Assembly: GCA_965242965.1 (NCBI GenBank)
Contig: OZ251518.1
Coordinates: 1,184,001-1,248,000 of the forward strand
Reading direction: 5' to 3'
DNA length: 64,000 nucleotides
DNA from: Candidatus Poribacteria bacterium
GTDB lineage: Bacteria > Poribacteria > WGA-4E > WGA-3G
Under the pieces are notes generated by a model. It did no database searches. It was given only the letters and a program-made list of their open reading frames with translations, and was not told the origin of the DNA. Both the position numbers and the translations under genes were made by a program. Below are positions 33,166 through 44,642 of this stretch, one piece after another. The first letter of the stretch is position 1, and each line of letters begins with the position of its first letter.

Positions 33166-34786
33166 GGATAGCATCCCCATCTGGTAGGCGCGATTTCAAA
33201 CCGCGCCTGCCGGATGTTAGAAAAACCAACCCGACAATAAACCAAAAAATCAACAACGAACGGTGATGTAGCACATTATCGGCGAGACCGTAAATCAGCG
33301 CGGAGATCAGAAATCCGCTCCCACCAATAAAAAGCCCCATTCCCCAAAAATCGTCCGCCTTCCGAAGCACGAATAACTGCCGCCAAATCATCACAAGCAG
33401 CCACACGAACACGAGAAGTGCCGGGATACCGTGCTCAACGGCGATGTGCAAATAGATGTTATGCGCATGATACGGGACGTTATACTGTTCTGGCGGGCCG
33501 TTCAGTTGGTATTCATAACGAAATCTGCCGAGTCCGATGCCCGTGAACGGGTATTGCCGAATGAGTTCAACTGAAGTCTGCCACCATTGTGGCCGTTCGC
33601 CCATGAACCCGGCGGGATGCTCCAGCAGCGTCTGGAAGCGTGCCTTGATATGACGCGGCATGAAAAATAGTGAGAGACAAAGCACTGCAACCGGGAAGAT
33701 GGCTAAAAATACGAGTTTGCGCGTTTGAAAATCGCGTCTTCGGAAAAGCATGTCCGCGACGTAATAGGCACCGATGCAAGTTGTCGCAACGGCAACGCTC
33801 ACCCACGCAGCGCGCGTGAGCGTCAACGCCAAATTCGCGCACATCAGAACCAAGACAGCGCAAAGCGCGAAGCGAACCCAAAGCGACTGGGACAAATGTG
33901 CGCGGAGACTGGCAACAAAATAGCCAAACGTGAACGGGATAAGGAGCGCGAGATATGCACCCAAGTCATTCGGCATTTTGAACGTCCCCGTGAGGCGTGG
34001 TTCTATCATGTAAACCATCAGACGCGCTTCGCTTTTGCGAATGACGTAGCGTCTTTCGCGCGCCGCATCCTCAATGCGCCACTCGTCAGCCACTTTTGCT
34101 GGCGCGAACGCTGCACTCGGTGAAAGCGGAATGTTGTGCTTCCGCAATTCGACCCGCAGTTTCTCCGAAATCTGATGCGCACTCTCCCCCCGGTCTCGCT
34201 GCCTCTCGGTAGGAGAGACCTCCTGGTCTCGATGCCCCCTGTCTCGATGCCCCTCGGTAGGAGAGCCCTCCCGGTCTCGATGCCCCTGGTCTCGACGGAT
34301 AGACACCTCCCCATCCCGATGAAGCTCCTCCTGATACACCAACGGCATTTGCCCCATGAAATCCATCGCTAACCGTTCGTCATTCACGTAATACCAGAGC
34401 CCCAGCGCGCAAGAAATCCCGCCAGCGAAGATGAACGCAACGACAACGTGCCGCCACCGATGTCCGAGACAACTGTGGATAACGGCATAGAAGAGGAGGA
34501 CTGCCCGGAGCCATTTCCAAAAATAGCCGAGGCTACTGGTAGCAGGATGCGGTGCGAAGAACGATGCAACCAGTGCTAATCCTAAAAAGAGCGCGAACCC
34601 CAGGTCCAGCGCGGTATAGTGCCAGCCCAATTTCCCTTCTGCAATCATTCTGCCTATCCACCCCACGAACACCAACGCCATCGCCATGTTCAGGAATACC
34701 GTTGAATACCCAAATGGAAGCGATAGGACAAAGATGAGAAACCCGATGTAGATAGCGGTGTCAAAGATTTTCGGCGTGTGCAGCAT
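33149..34786 (-). CDS. O-antigen ligase family membrane protein with an in-frame REP insertion
   Basis: Multiple TM helices, [36 protein letters not shown]. Confidence 0.85.
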   Translation of the reverse strand: MLHTPKIFDTAIYIGFLIFVLSLPFGYSTVFLNMAMALVFVGWIGRMIAEGKLGWHYTALDLGFALFLGLALVASFFAPHPATSSLGYFWKWLRAVLLFYAVIHSCLGHRWRHVVVAFIFAGGISCALGLWYYVNDERLAMDFMGQMPLVYQEELHRDGEVSIRRDQGHRDREGSPTEGHRDRGHRDQEVSPTERQRDRGESAHQISEKLRVELRKHNIPLSPSAAFAPAKVADEWRIEDAARERRYVIRKSEARLMVYMIEPRLTGTFKMPNDLGAYLALLIPFTFGYFVASLRAHLSQSLWVRFALCAVLVLMCANLALTLTRAAWVSVAVATTCIGAYYVADMLFRRRDFQTRKLVFLAIFPVAVLCLSLFFMPRHIKARFQTLLEHPAGFMGERPQWWQTSVELIRQYPFTGIGLGRFRYEYQLNGPPEQYNVPYHAHNIYLHIAVEHGIPALLVFVWLLVMIWRQLFVLRKADDFWGMGLFIGGSGFLISALIYGLADNVLHHRSLLIFWFIVGLVFLTSGRRGLKSRLPDGDAIPKNSQ

Positions 34787-34911
34787 GTTGGGAAGTATGC
34801 CTTAAACGATGTTGGATGTCAAGAGAAAAACTGCAAACCGTATCTGCTAATGCAGGCAGGAGAATCCATCAGCACTTTTTTCTTGCACATTCTGACGTGA
34901 AATTGTATAAT

Positions 34912-37517
34912 ATGTATATGAAATTGCTATCTCTTTTTATCATCATGTGCTTAATTGCTTGCGCCGCCGTTGCAAACGCGCTGCCGCCCGATGCAGAACT
35001 GCAAAACGCCATTCAAACTGTGCGGCAGTTCACCCAACTCAAACCGCGCTATACGGCCAATGAGATAACTGAATGCGCAACCGATAGTTTCGTCACACTC
35101 GCAAAGAATTGGCAGAACGTGCCTTCGGTGCATCGACAGGAACTGAAAGGGATGTTCCTGCGGCCCGGGCTCCCCGGCAGTCTCTTTGGCGATATGGTGC
35201 TTCCCGAACAGTTCAACACGCCGCACTTCCGACTCCACTATACGCGCGTCGGCCCGCAGGCACCGCCGCTTGAAGATTTCCACCCGCGCAACGGTGTCCC
35301 CGATTATGTCGACATCTGCGCCGATGCAATGGAACGTTCATATCACATCCAACTCGATCTGATGGGGTTTAAGAAACCTTACATCGATTTTTGGGCGATG
35401 GAGAACGGCGGCAATCACAAGTTTGATGTTTATCTCTTTACCTTTCCCGCCCTCGGCATTACCACTGCCGACTGGTTTGAGGGACGCGTCCTTTCCACGG
35501 CACTCACGGTGGCACCCTATTTCATGATCAACTCGCGCATCTACGATTATGTCGGGAAATCTGAAGGAAAACGCTATATTGAGACTACCTGCGCGCACGA
35601 ATTCCTACACGGCATCCAGTTCGCCTATAACGCATACATGCCGACGTGGTTCATGGAGGCATCGGCGACGTGGATAGAAATCATGACTTACGATGGCGGC
35701 AGAATTGACGATGGCGATGACATCCCAGACCCGGATGAACCCAACGAAACCGACTCGTATAACTACTACATCCACCAACTGCGCCGATGGTTCTTGCATC
35801 CCGACATCGCACTTGATAGCCGCATCGGAGACCGGGAATACGGCTCGGTTATCTGGACGCTGTATATGACAGAACGGTTCGGATACGACATTGTCCGCGA
35901 ACTTTACCGCAACACTACCGATGGCAGTTACCGCGAAATGGGCAACTTCTACGATGTCTTCACCGACCGGGGCACCACTCTCGCTGAGGCATTCAAGACG
36001 TTCACGGTGTGGAATTATTTCACCTACGATAGGGCGGGGCTCCAAACAGACGCGCAGGGTTACACAAACGCGCATCGCTTCCCGCCGGTCGCGATACATC
36101 CCAACGATGTCCACGCTGCTTATCCGGTCCGCACCGATTTTGACTCGGAATCGATGCCGGAACATTTCGCTGCGCGTTATATCGTGTTTCGTCCCGCGGG
36201 GATTCTGCCTGAATTCGCCGTGAAAATTGATGGCGCAGATTTGGCACCTATAGACATGCGTTCCCTCACGCGCGACGATGCAGAGGACATTCAAGACGAA
36301 CTCAATCGGCACACCTTCACCGGCTTGCGCGGATGGGCGGCGAAATTCATCGTCAGGAAACGGAACGGGACAACAGAAGTCCGCGAGGCGTTCACCTATC
36401 AGCGTTCACAAGAGGCGCAGATGACGTTCAAGGACTTCGGCGGGGACATTCAGGAAATAACGTTGGTGCTTATCAATATGCACCCCGATGTTGAGCAGGT
36501 TATCGTGCCGGGCGGCACTTTTGGCGGTTCGGTGAGTTATATGGCGGGCCCGCCACCGATAGGCAAACTTGCAAACACCCAAGTCTCTCAAGGAGGTGGC
36601 GGTGCCGTCGTGGCATGGAGTGTCGATAATCCTGCCGGCATTCAGGAAGTCGCAATTGTGCGCAAACGCTACACGCTGGAAAGCGAAACCGATGTCCCAC
36701 AACCTTTCCAAAACGCCGCTGAAGTGCTTGCCGCCGCCGACAGAAACGGTGACAGCATCGCCGAAGACGACATCACCATCGTCGGGCGCGTGCCGATAAC
36801 GCAAACCCGATTTGAGGATACCACCGTATTTCAAGATGTTGATGTCACGAGCGAGTTTTTCGATGCAAACGCTGTTCACTACTTCTATGCCGTTGTCCCG
36901 GTTGACGCGCTGGGCATTATGGGCACGCCGAGTCTCACGCCGAATAGCATCACACCTGCCTTTGATGCAGGGAATGCGGCACCCGCCTTTTTTATTGAGA
37001 CGCAGCCGCGCGGCACCGGCGTGTGGCACGTTGCGGTGCGCAGCACGCACGAACTGCAAAACACGCCAACCTTGGACGTGGAAAATCCCAACGGACAAAG
37101 GCATCCCATCTTTTTAACACGAGAAACGCCCATGAAATGGGTGGGAACGCTGACAACAGATGGATTTCCGCCGAACGGCACTTATCTCTATCAGATTCGC
37201 GGTGAAACGGCGGCGGGTGTATCAGGTTTCCGAATTTGGCAAGGACGAACCTTCAACTATGTCGCCAAGAACACGGAGCGAAACGTCACCGTCGCACCGA
37301 ATCCCCTCTATGCGGGACAGAGTGGACACCTTCAGTTTTATCCGCGCGGCTTAACCGTCGAAATCTATGACGCGCAAGGCACTTTAATCAAGGTGCTGCA
37401 TCGCAATGGGATTGCACCAATCAACGCGGCGAAATGGTGTGCGCGGGGCTCTATTTCTTCCGCGCAACCGATGGAAACGGGTTTGTCAAAACGGGCAAAT
37501 TTTGCATTGTGAAATGA
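34912..37517 (+). CDS. Large secreted zinc-metalloprotease-like protein with FlgD-Ig/CTD-like C-terminus; frameshift near 37398
   Basis: Signal peptide, AHEFLH...WFMEASATW. After PNP...EIYDAQG.LI the expected WDCTNQRGEMVCAGLYFF...GKFCIVK* is in another frame. Start is 34912 or 34918. Confidence 0.7.
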
Positions 37518-37521
37518 GTTT

Positions 37522-38345
37522 ATGAAAAACAAGTTTTATCTTCTCTCTCTTTCCTCATTTTCATCGGGTGCGGAGACGACGGCCTCGTCAAGCCCCATGG
37601 CGAAACGACGCTGCCGCCACCCGATACAACGGGGCTCCACGCCATCGATTTCCCCACAGATACCGGTTCCGCGTGGACATACGTCAACGTTGACACGAAT
37701 CAGGAATTCACCGTGCGTATTGAAGGCACACGGGATATCAGCGGCACAACGCATCGGCAGATGTCCGTGGGCAGAATCAGTCCAGTTGCAGAGGACGCGC
37801 TTGACAGGGAGGCACTCGACCATTTATCGGCGAACGCCTTCTATTTTCGCGTGCCGTCAGAAACCGATTTTTTTGACGGTTTCCCGTTCCCTGTCTCTGC
37901 AACCTACTTTTACAAAACGCCGCAAGCGTTGATAGAATCGGCGTTTGACGCTTACATATTCCCTTGGAGCAATCCCATCTATCATCAGAAGCATGCACCG
38001 CCCCGCCGCGTCTGGGATTTTCCGCTCAAAATCGGAAAAGAGTGGACGGTATTTGAAAAGACAAGCGGCAATCCGGTCGCGGTGACGCGCTATGTCGTAG
38101 ATAGAGATGTTCGGATAACCGTGCCCGCCGGCAGTTATCAAACTTATCTCGTCCAAGAAGAGGTTGTCTTCGGCGATAGTAGTGATGCCTTGACTCGGTT
38201 CATCAGCCCGCCAGCAGCGTATTGGATCGCGCCCGAGGTCGGCATTGTCCAATATCGCTACAGCCGTTATCGCGCCACGGATGCGCTAGTCACGCAGACC
38301 TTTGCGCTGAAGAGTGTCCATCTCCCGGGTCCGAACACGGATTGA
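37522..38345 (+). pseudogene. Putative lipoprotein, frameshifted in a (CT)4 tract at 37543-37550
   Basis: Removing one CT gives MKNKFYLLSFLIFIGC (lipobox) in frame with ORF 37713..38345, which has FPLKIGKEW and VPAG motifs. Confidence 0.7.
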
Positions 38346-38346
38346 A

Positions 38347-39606
38347 ATGAAACATCTTGCGCATCGAAACATCCCGATTACCATCATCGGCGGCGGCATC
38401 CACGGTGTATCCATCGCGCTGCGGCTCCTGCGCGAAATGCCCACGACAGCACTCGCTGTCATCGATAGGCATCCGTGGCCTCTCACGGCGTGGCGGCGCA
38501 AAACCGAACGCCAAGGCATGAAGTTCCTCCGTTCCCCTGCAGTGCATCATATCACTCCCGATGCGCTAGGTATCGTTGAATACGCCGAACGCCACAATCG
38601 CACCGATGAGTTGGCACCGCCGTATTCGCAACCGTCAACGCAACTTTTTTGGGAGTATTGTTGTAATGGGTTGAAGGAAATCGCCAAACATCTGAACTAT
38701 TATCAATTTAATGTGGCGAAATTGCGGTGGGACAAAGGGGCAGGGAAATATCCGTTTCGTCTGATTTCAACGGAGAATGTTGGGTTCCGGAGCAGCCATG
38801 TTATCCTCGCCATCGGGGCTGATGATTGCTATTATGTGCCACCGGCATTTGTGCCCTGGCAACAGCGATGGCCAGAGAGAATTGTGCACGCGGCGCAGTT
38901 TTCGGTGAGCCCAGACAAGAGCGAGGGACAGGTTTTAACCGCGCTACCGACTGAGAAACAGAAGATTGCTATTGTCGGTGGGGGATTGACAGCCGGCACG
39001 CTGGCGAGGTGCCTCAGCGAACGTGGACACGAAGTCGTGTTAATTGCGCGAAAACAACTGAAAACGGAACAGTTCGATTTTCCACCGATATGGCTGGGAC
39101 CGAAAGCACTCGCTGAATTTGCAAGCGAACCAGACTTTCAGCAACGATATGAAACGGTTCAACAAGTCAGGCGTGAAGGAAGCATCACGCCGGATGTTGC
39201 CGAGGCACTCAAGGATGCGCCGCGCATCACTATCCATACCGACACTTGTATCCGCAACATCACGGAAGAGCCCGGGCAAATGCTACGTCTACACCTTGAA
39301 GGTTCAGGCAGATTTCAAAAGCGCGAGGATACCGTCGTCAACGTTGCTGGCGTTATCCTCGCGACCGGGTATCGATTTAACCTCCGGCGGTATCCCTTTT
39401 TGGCGGAATTGATTGCGCAGCATGAGGTGCCGCTTGTGTGCGGATTACCGAAACTTGATGAAAATTTGCAACTGTCGCCTGTCGCTAATCTGTTTGGGAC
39501 AGGCTCTATTGCACAGTTGCAACTAGGGCCGGCGGCGGGTAATATCGCCGGCGCAAGTTTGGCGTATGAACGCCTTCGCGAGAAGATTTTGCCGCAATTC
39601 GTCTGA
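38347..39606 (+). CDS. FAD/NAD(P)-binding oxidoreductase (lysine/ornithine N-monooxygenase-like)
   Basis: GGGIHG, LRSP..HH, GGGLTAG, VILATGY, GPAAGNI. Confidence 0.8.
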   Translation: MKHLAHRNIPITIIGGGIHGVSIALRLLREMPTTALAVIDRHPWPLTAWRRKTERQGMKFLRSPAVHHITPDALGIVEYAERHNRTDELAPPYSQPSTQLFWEYCCNGLKEIAKHLNYYQFNVAKLRWDKGAGKYPFRLISTENVGFRSSHVILAIGADDCYYVPPAFVPWQQRWPERIVHAAQFSVSPDKSEGQVLTALPTEKQKIAIVGGGLTAGTLARCLSERGHEVVLIARKQLKTEQFDFPPIWLGPKALAEFASEPDFQQRYETVQQVRREGSITPDVAEALKDAPRITIHTDTCIRNITEEPGQMLRLHLEGSGRFQKREDTVVNVAGVILATGYRFNLRRYPFLAELIAQHEVPLVCGLPKLDENLQLSPVANLFGTGSIAQLQLGPAAGNIAGASLAYERLREKILPQFV

Positions 39607-39790
39607 ATCTTGTGAGGGTGTTTCATAAATCGCCCAACATCGCGGGGGACAGGCCCCCGAGCTACGGTGAAAAATGGGGAATTGCCGGTGGGCCCCTATC
39701 ACAATGCCCTCTTGGTAGGAGAGACCTCCCGGTCTCGATGCGTTTTGTTGATGTGCCTATCGGGACAAGGATGTCCCTCCTACCGGAACA

Positions 39791-40402
39791 TCACTTGCAT
39801 TGAGACTGCGATACCATGCTCGCGAGGATGCCGAGGATTTTATCACACTGCCGAATCGGGTAGAGCTCCATATCAATGTGCAGACACCTCTCCGCCAATT
39901 TGAGGAATTTCCAATCTATGCCTGTTGTTGAGCAGCCATAAACCGATGAAATCTCATTCCCTTTTTCCGCGTTAAAGCGTTGGGCGGCAATCATTTCTGC
40001 AGCACACTGCCCAAGTCCAAGCGTGAGATCATCCTTCTTCGCTTCAACCAAAGCGATAACAGGGGCCTGCAACAAATGCTGGACAGGCGACAGGCTAACC
40101 AAAAAATCGCATACCCCAGTCAATTCGCTATCCGCATCAACGCTGAAGTCAATCCCCGAAAAAAGGCTGATGCGCCGGCCTGTTTGCTCTCGGAACTCAA
40201 CCAGAACCGGTGCCACTATCAATTCAGACTTCGCCTTTTCTGTGTTAATTGCACTCGCTAACTGCACATTTCTCGCCAAATCTGCAGTGAAATGAGGCCG
40301 CAATGCCACCGGTTCTATTTCAGCGAAAAGGTTCGCAGACTCGGTGATTTCCAACTGGAACCTTGTCACTACAGTCTCCAAGGTAAAGTGAGGGTATTTC
40401 AT
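39791..40402 (-). CDS. Conserved hypothetical protein, PD-(D/E)xK-like fold
   Basis: TEKAKSELIVAPVL, LTGVCDFL, VEAKK, GLGQCAAEM, TTGIDWKF; the start codon lies inside a TIR. Confidence 0.75.
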   Translation of the reverse strand: MKYPHFTLETVVTRFQLEITESANLFAEIEPVALRPHFTADLARNVQLASAINTEKAKSELIVAPVLVEFREQTGRRISLFSGIDFSVDADSELTGVCDFLVSLSPVQHLLQAPVIALVEAKKDDLTLGLGQCAAEMIAAQRFNAEKGNEISSVYGCSTTGIDWKFLKLAERCLHIDMELYPIRQCDKILGILASMVSQSQCK

Positions 40403-40752
40403 AACTCGTTGTTATCAAAATGGTTTCGTGATACCCCGAACGCTTCCGTTTCCCCGTTAGGAGAGACCTCCCGCTCTCGATTTTTGCTTCCTAGTTTTGA
40501 TGTGGTTCCTATCGGGACAGGGATGTCCCGCCCCAGGAAAACATCAAGATACCCGTTGTCGTTTGCAAGCGTCTGACACAAACAGGGCAGGCGCAGGCGC
40601 GCCTGAACTACAGACAGCGCGTACCCGAATAGGTCAAGAGAAGGCACGCCTTACCTCATCGAGACCAGGAGGTTTCTCCTACCGTGGGCAATCGGGACAA
40701 GGATGTCCCTCCTACCCAGAAGGCAATCGAGACCGGGAGGTCTCTCCTACCG
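40390..40752. repeat. REP array with a single TIR at 40390
   Basis: GAGGGTATTTCATAA plus GAGACC/GGTCTC and ATCGGGACA-type palindromes. Confidence 0.75.
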
Positions 40753-40767
40753 GCCCCGACTTAACGA

Positions 40768-41658
40768 CTAGCGCGTGAGTGCATACGCGACGACGTTTAT
40801 GCCCTGCCTGAATGCCCAATTCCGTTGTTCGTCGCCGCCGGGACTGCACGGCCGCCCTTCCCACGCACAGTTGAGATCGCTTGGACAAAAGTAGACCATC
40901 ACCCGGTCTCCGTCCATGATGGCCTCGTCCGCGTCGCAGACTCCGGGGATGAGTTTATCGCCGCCCATGTATTCGTCATGTTCGTAGAGCGTGTGATAAA
41001 TCGGATGGTCCATCTCCAATTTCTCAAACTGCTTTTCCGGGTAGACTTGGCGCATCATCTCGATGACATCCGGTCGCAAACCGCCTCTGCCGCCATTAAG
41101 ACGCGCGTCGCAATCCTCAACGTGCAGGAAACCGCCGCGTTCAAGATACTCGCGAAGTTTTCGCGCCTGCTCCTCTGACAGCCGGATACCCCTGTGCCCC
41201 GTCATAAAGAGATAGGGATAGGCGAAGAGCCCGGCATCGTCAATGTCTACGTATTGCGGATGTTCGCGCACCTCCACGTTAATTGAGGTATTCAAGGCGA
41301 GCACCTCTGCGAACTTCTTATCGGACTGCCAGTGGTAATAATTGACGATGTTCGTCCACCAATCGCTTTCGCGGTATCTGCGATTGCCGCCGGGGTACTT
41401 GAGGCGAACGAAGGTGAACTTCTCCCCAGTCGGATTCATCTCTGGGTAGTGGTGCTCAATGATACCGTAACGGCCGAGGTATCTGTCGCCGCCGGCATCG
41501 TAATAGAGCTCCCCGCGGTAACCGAACTGCGCCGCCGCAGTCTGGATTAAACTTCCGCCTGCGATAGCAGAAGCGGCGAGCCCAGCGGCACCTTTGATAA
41601 ACGAACGCCTTGTGAGGGGTTCCGTCTTCTCTTCAATGGGATTTGGGTTAATTAACAT
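40768..41658 (-). CDS. Tat-exported DUF4159 domain protein
   Basis: TRRSFIK twin-arginine signal; YPYLFMTGH, LREYLERGGFL, HPIYH, DLNCAW, GINVVAYALT. Confidence 0.8.
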   Translation of the reverse strand: MLINPNPIEEKTEPLTRRSFIKGAAGLAASAIAGGSLIQTAAAQFGYRGELYYDAGGDRYLGRYGIIEHHYPEMNPTGEKFTFVRLKYPGGNRRYRESDWWTNIVNYYHWQSDKKFAEVLALNTSINVEVREHPQYVDIDDAGLFAYPYLFMTGHRGIRLSEEQARKLREYLERGGFLHVEDCDARLNGGRGGLRPDVIEMMRQVYPEKQFEKLEMDHPIYHTLYEHDEYMGGDKLIPGVCDADEAIMDGDRVMVYFCPSDLNCAWEGRPCSPGGDEQRNWAFRQGINVVAYALTR

Positions 41659-41775
41659 TGCCTTTTCCTCCTATCTAATACGGATTTCCGAGAGTCTGGC
41701 AGCATCGAGACCAGGAGGTCTCTCCTACCAAGAGGGCATCGAGACAAGGAGGTCTCTCCTGCCTTTTCCTCCTAT

Positions 41776-43371
41776 CTAATACGGATTTCCGAGGAGCTCA
41801 AACGTAACGCTTTGCGCTGCTGCCCCTTGCAACCGTTCGGAAGCGCGGTTGCTTGCAATTGCGCGGATGCGGTGGTTCGCGATGCCGAGGTCGCGGAGGA
41901 ACTGCGCCGCCGCTGTTGCGCGCTGCACCGCCAACCTCTGATTTGCACCCGGGTCTCCTTCTTGCCGCGTATGTCCAACAACGCGCAGATAATACTGAGG
42001 GAACGACTTCAGATCGGCGGCGAGTTGTCGCAAGGCGCGTTCGCTGTTCCGAAGAATTCGCGCATTTCCCCTCCCGAATTGGATCGGTTCAATCTTCATC
42101 GCCGCGACAGGCGCGAGCGTATCCCAATTCGCATCTGACAACGGATTCAACGCTTTCTCTGCGCGCACCTCTTCCGATACCGGTGTGCTGCCGATGACAA
42201 TATCGTCTAAACCGCCGCCTTTTGATGTCAAAACACCGGGATGGAAATTATCGTGGTGTAGCGAGCGCAAAATCCCTTCATAGTAAAGCGAATCGTAATT
42301 GCCGGCAACCGGGTCTGCGGCGATAGAATCGGTGCTGACTAGCACCTGCATAATCTTCGCTATCATCGCTTCGAGCCGGTCCGTGCCTTTCGCCGCCTGC
42401 CCGGAAATCACGCCGAAATGCGCGTAGTTCTCCATCGTGTTCCGCCACGCAATCCCCTCAACGAGTTTGAGCGTCTCAGTCCGATTCAGCGCATCGCCAT
42501 ACTGCTTGGCATCCGCCTCAATTAGGGAGACTAATCCATCACTTTGGTTATGATAATCGTAGTTTGCCCGCAGATACGCCTGCACGACATGCGTGACGAG
42601 TTCGGCGTTCGCGCTCAAAAATTCGCGCTGAACGACCAGCACATCAACGATGTAGCCTTTCAGTTTGGAACTATCCAGCAGCAAATGCACGCCATCGATG
42701 GCGAGTGCCTTCGTCACGTAAGGTTCCCAAACGACGTAAGCGTGCGGCTCATCCGGATCGGCGGATTTGAGTTTCTTATAGACTGCCTCTGCACCGTTTG
42801 CCTCCACTGCCCAATCTGTCGGGAGACTCGGCAGACTCATCTTGTTTATCATGATGCGTGCCAGCGTCTCACTCGGTGAATCCGGCGTGATGACGATGCG
42901 CGCCTGCGGGTGGCTCAAACTCGGAATCTGTGGGACTCCGCGCTGATACGCGACAATCGCATCCGCGCCTTTGGACTCATCAATCACGAGGACAATTGAA
43001 CCCGGGAACTCGCCGAGGATACTCCCCGCCTTGAGGTAAGCATCAATAGTAAACACTGCCATCTGATGCTTGCCGCTTTTCAGCCCGCGCATTCTCCCCA
43101 CATAATCCGCTTTATCGTCAACAAAGGTGAGTTTTATCCCGTGCCGGTCCAACAGATTTTTCACGGCTGGCGAACGAAGAATCGCATACCCTGGAAACGA
43201 GTCGTGCGCCACTTTCATCTCGTGCGCGTAACGCTGCGTGCTCGTCTCCTTGACGAGGTTGCCGCGCAGCCGCGGCTCAACCACGAACTTATAGACGAGC
43301 CCGATTATCCCAATAATAATCAGCCAACTCGCCACCATGATGATTTTGCTCTTTTTCGCAGCAGCATCCAT
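41776..43371 (-). CDS. ABC-type substrate-binding (NMT1-like) domain fused to an OmpA-like domain, N-terminal membrane anchor
   Basis: DESKGADAIV, VWEPYVTKA, IVDVLV; C-terminal IQF...VVGHT...NQRLAVQRA. Confidence 0.75.
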   Translation of the reverse strand: MDAAAKKSKIIMVASWLIIIGIIGLVYKFVVEPRLRGNLVKETSTQRYAHEMKVAHDSFPGYAILRSPAVKNLLDRHGIKLTFVDDKADYVGRMRGLKSGKHQMAVFTIDAYLKAGSILGEFPGSIVLVIDESKGADAIVAYQRGVPQIPSLSHPQARIVITPDSPSETLARIMINKMSLPSLPTDWAVEANGAEAVYKKLKSADPDEPHAYVVWEPYVTKALAIDGVHLLLDSSKLKGYIVDVLVVQREFLSANAELVTHVVQAYLRANYDYHNQSDGLVSLIEADAKQYGDALNRTETLKLVEGIAWRNTMENYAHFGVISGQAAKGTDRLEAMIAKIMQVLVSTDSIAADPVAGNYDSLYYEGILRSLHHDNFHPGVLTSKGGGLDDIVIGSTPVSEEVRAEKALNPLSDANWDTLAPVAAMKIEPIQFGRGNARILRNSERALRQLAADLKSFPQYYLRVVGHTRQEGDPGANQRLAVQRATAAAQFLRDLGIANHRIRAIASNRASERLQGAAAQSVTFELLGNPY

Positions 43372-43567
43372 GTCTTATCCCTCAGAACGATTTCGGTTTC
43401 CTCGGCACTGTGAACGACAAACAAATATAGGTTCTTGGTAGGAGAGACCTCCCGGTCTCGATTCCCCCCGGTAGGAGAGACCTCCCGGTCTCGATGCAAT
43501 TCCTGTCCTGACAAGCGTCTGCCAGCGCAAACTACAGAAACTGCATCGAGACTCCCTGCAAGGCAGC

Positions 43568-44488
43568 TCATCTCCTCCGTCTTAAAACGAAAAATGCGAT
43601 AATCGCGATGGCAAGAACCGGCAGCCAGGGGAAGTTACCAATTGGGTTGCGCCGCGGCTTTCGGGGTTGTTGTACCGGTGTCGCCGGTGCCACTTGTTGC
43701 GATGGCGGCGTTTCACTGGCGCGCATCGCAATAGCCACGTTGCTCGGCGGCGTTGTCAGCCGCTGAATTAAGTCCAAAGCAATTTCGGGTGTCAGCGGCG
43801 CGATGTCTTCAAACACTTCTTCGCTACTGACATCCGTTCCGGCATCATCGGTGGTTTCGGCGAGAATCTGTGACACCGCTGCTACCAATTCGCCGGGGTT
43901 GTCTGCGCGCCGATAACTATCTACCATCGTGGCTAACATGTGGTCCGTCTTCATATCCACGCCGATGACATCAATGCGGAGTTGCCGTTTGAGGACTTCC
44001 GGTGTATACTGCCGAACTTTGCGCGCATCCGATGCCTCGCCATCTGTTACAACTAACAGCCGATAACTTCCGTAGTTATACTGCTTTTCACGCTGTTCCA
44101 AGAGGCGATTCGCGCCGAGGCGGATGTATTTTCCGAGGGGCGTGCCGCCACTCGGCCGAGGGCTGTCAATCGCCGCCATCAGCCTCGGCATATCAACCTG
44201 TCCTAACGGATACACCCAGTCGTTCCGAACGTTCGCGCCGCTGAAAACCAGCAGGCCGATGTGCGTATCCGCAGGAACTTTCGCCAAGACTTCCCGCAAT
44301 GCCGCCTTTGCCGCGTCCATCTTGGTCAGCGTCCGGTCGCTGCTAAATCTGTCTTTCATGGAGCCGGAGGCATCCAAGATGACGACGATATTATCGGAGT
44401 GGAGTGCATCATCGGCACGACTCATCTGAACGCAAACTAGCACGCTCAGGAAGAGCAGGCACCATAAGTTTCGCTGTCTCATATCCAT
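43568..44488 (-). CDS. VWA domain protein with signal peptide and C-terminal membrane anchor
   Basis: MIDAS DASGSM, GGTPLG, VVTDG; Pro-rich linker, TM helix and RRRR tail. Confidence 0.9.
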   Translation of the reverse strand: MDMRQRNLWCLLFLSVLVCVQMSRADDALHSDNIVVILDASGSMKDRFSSDRTLTKMDAAKAALREVLAKVPADTHIGLLVFSGANVRNDWVYPLGQVDMPRLMAAIDSPRPSGGTPLGKYIRLGANRLLEQREKQYNYGSYRLLVVTDGEASDARKVRQYTPEVLKRQLRIDVIGVDMKTDHMLATMVDSYRRADNPGELVAAVSQILAETTDDAGTDVSSEEVFEDIAPLTPEIALDLIQRLTTPPSNVAIAMRASETPPSQQVAPATPVQQPRKPRRNPIGNFPWLPVLAIAIIAFFVLRRRR

Positions 44489-44642
44489 TCCCTACGGTTT
44501 CAGTAGGAGAGACCTCCCGGGCTCGATGTCCCCGTAGGAGAGACCTCCTGGTCTCGATTTTTCGTATCGGGACAGGGATATCCCTCCTACCAGAATCGGG
44601 ACAGGGATGTCCCTCCTACAGCTCTTGACTCTCGCGAATCCA

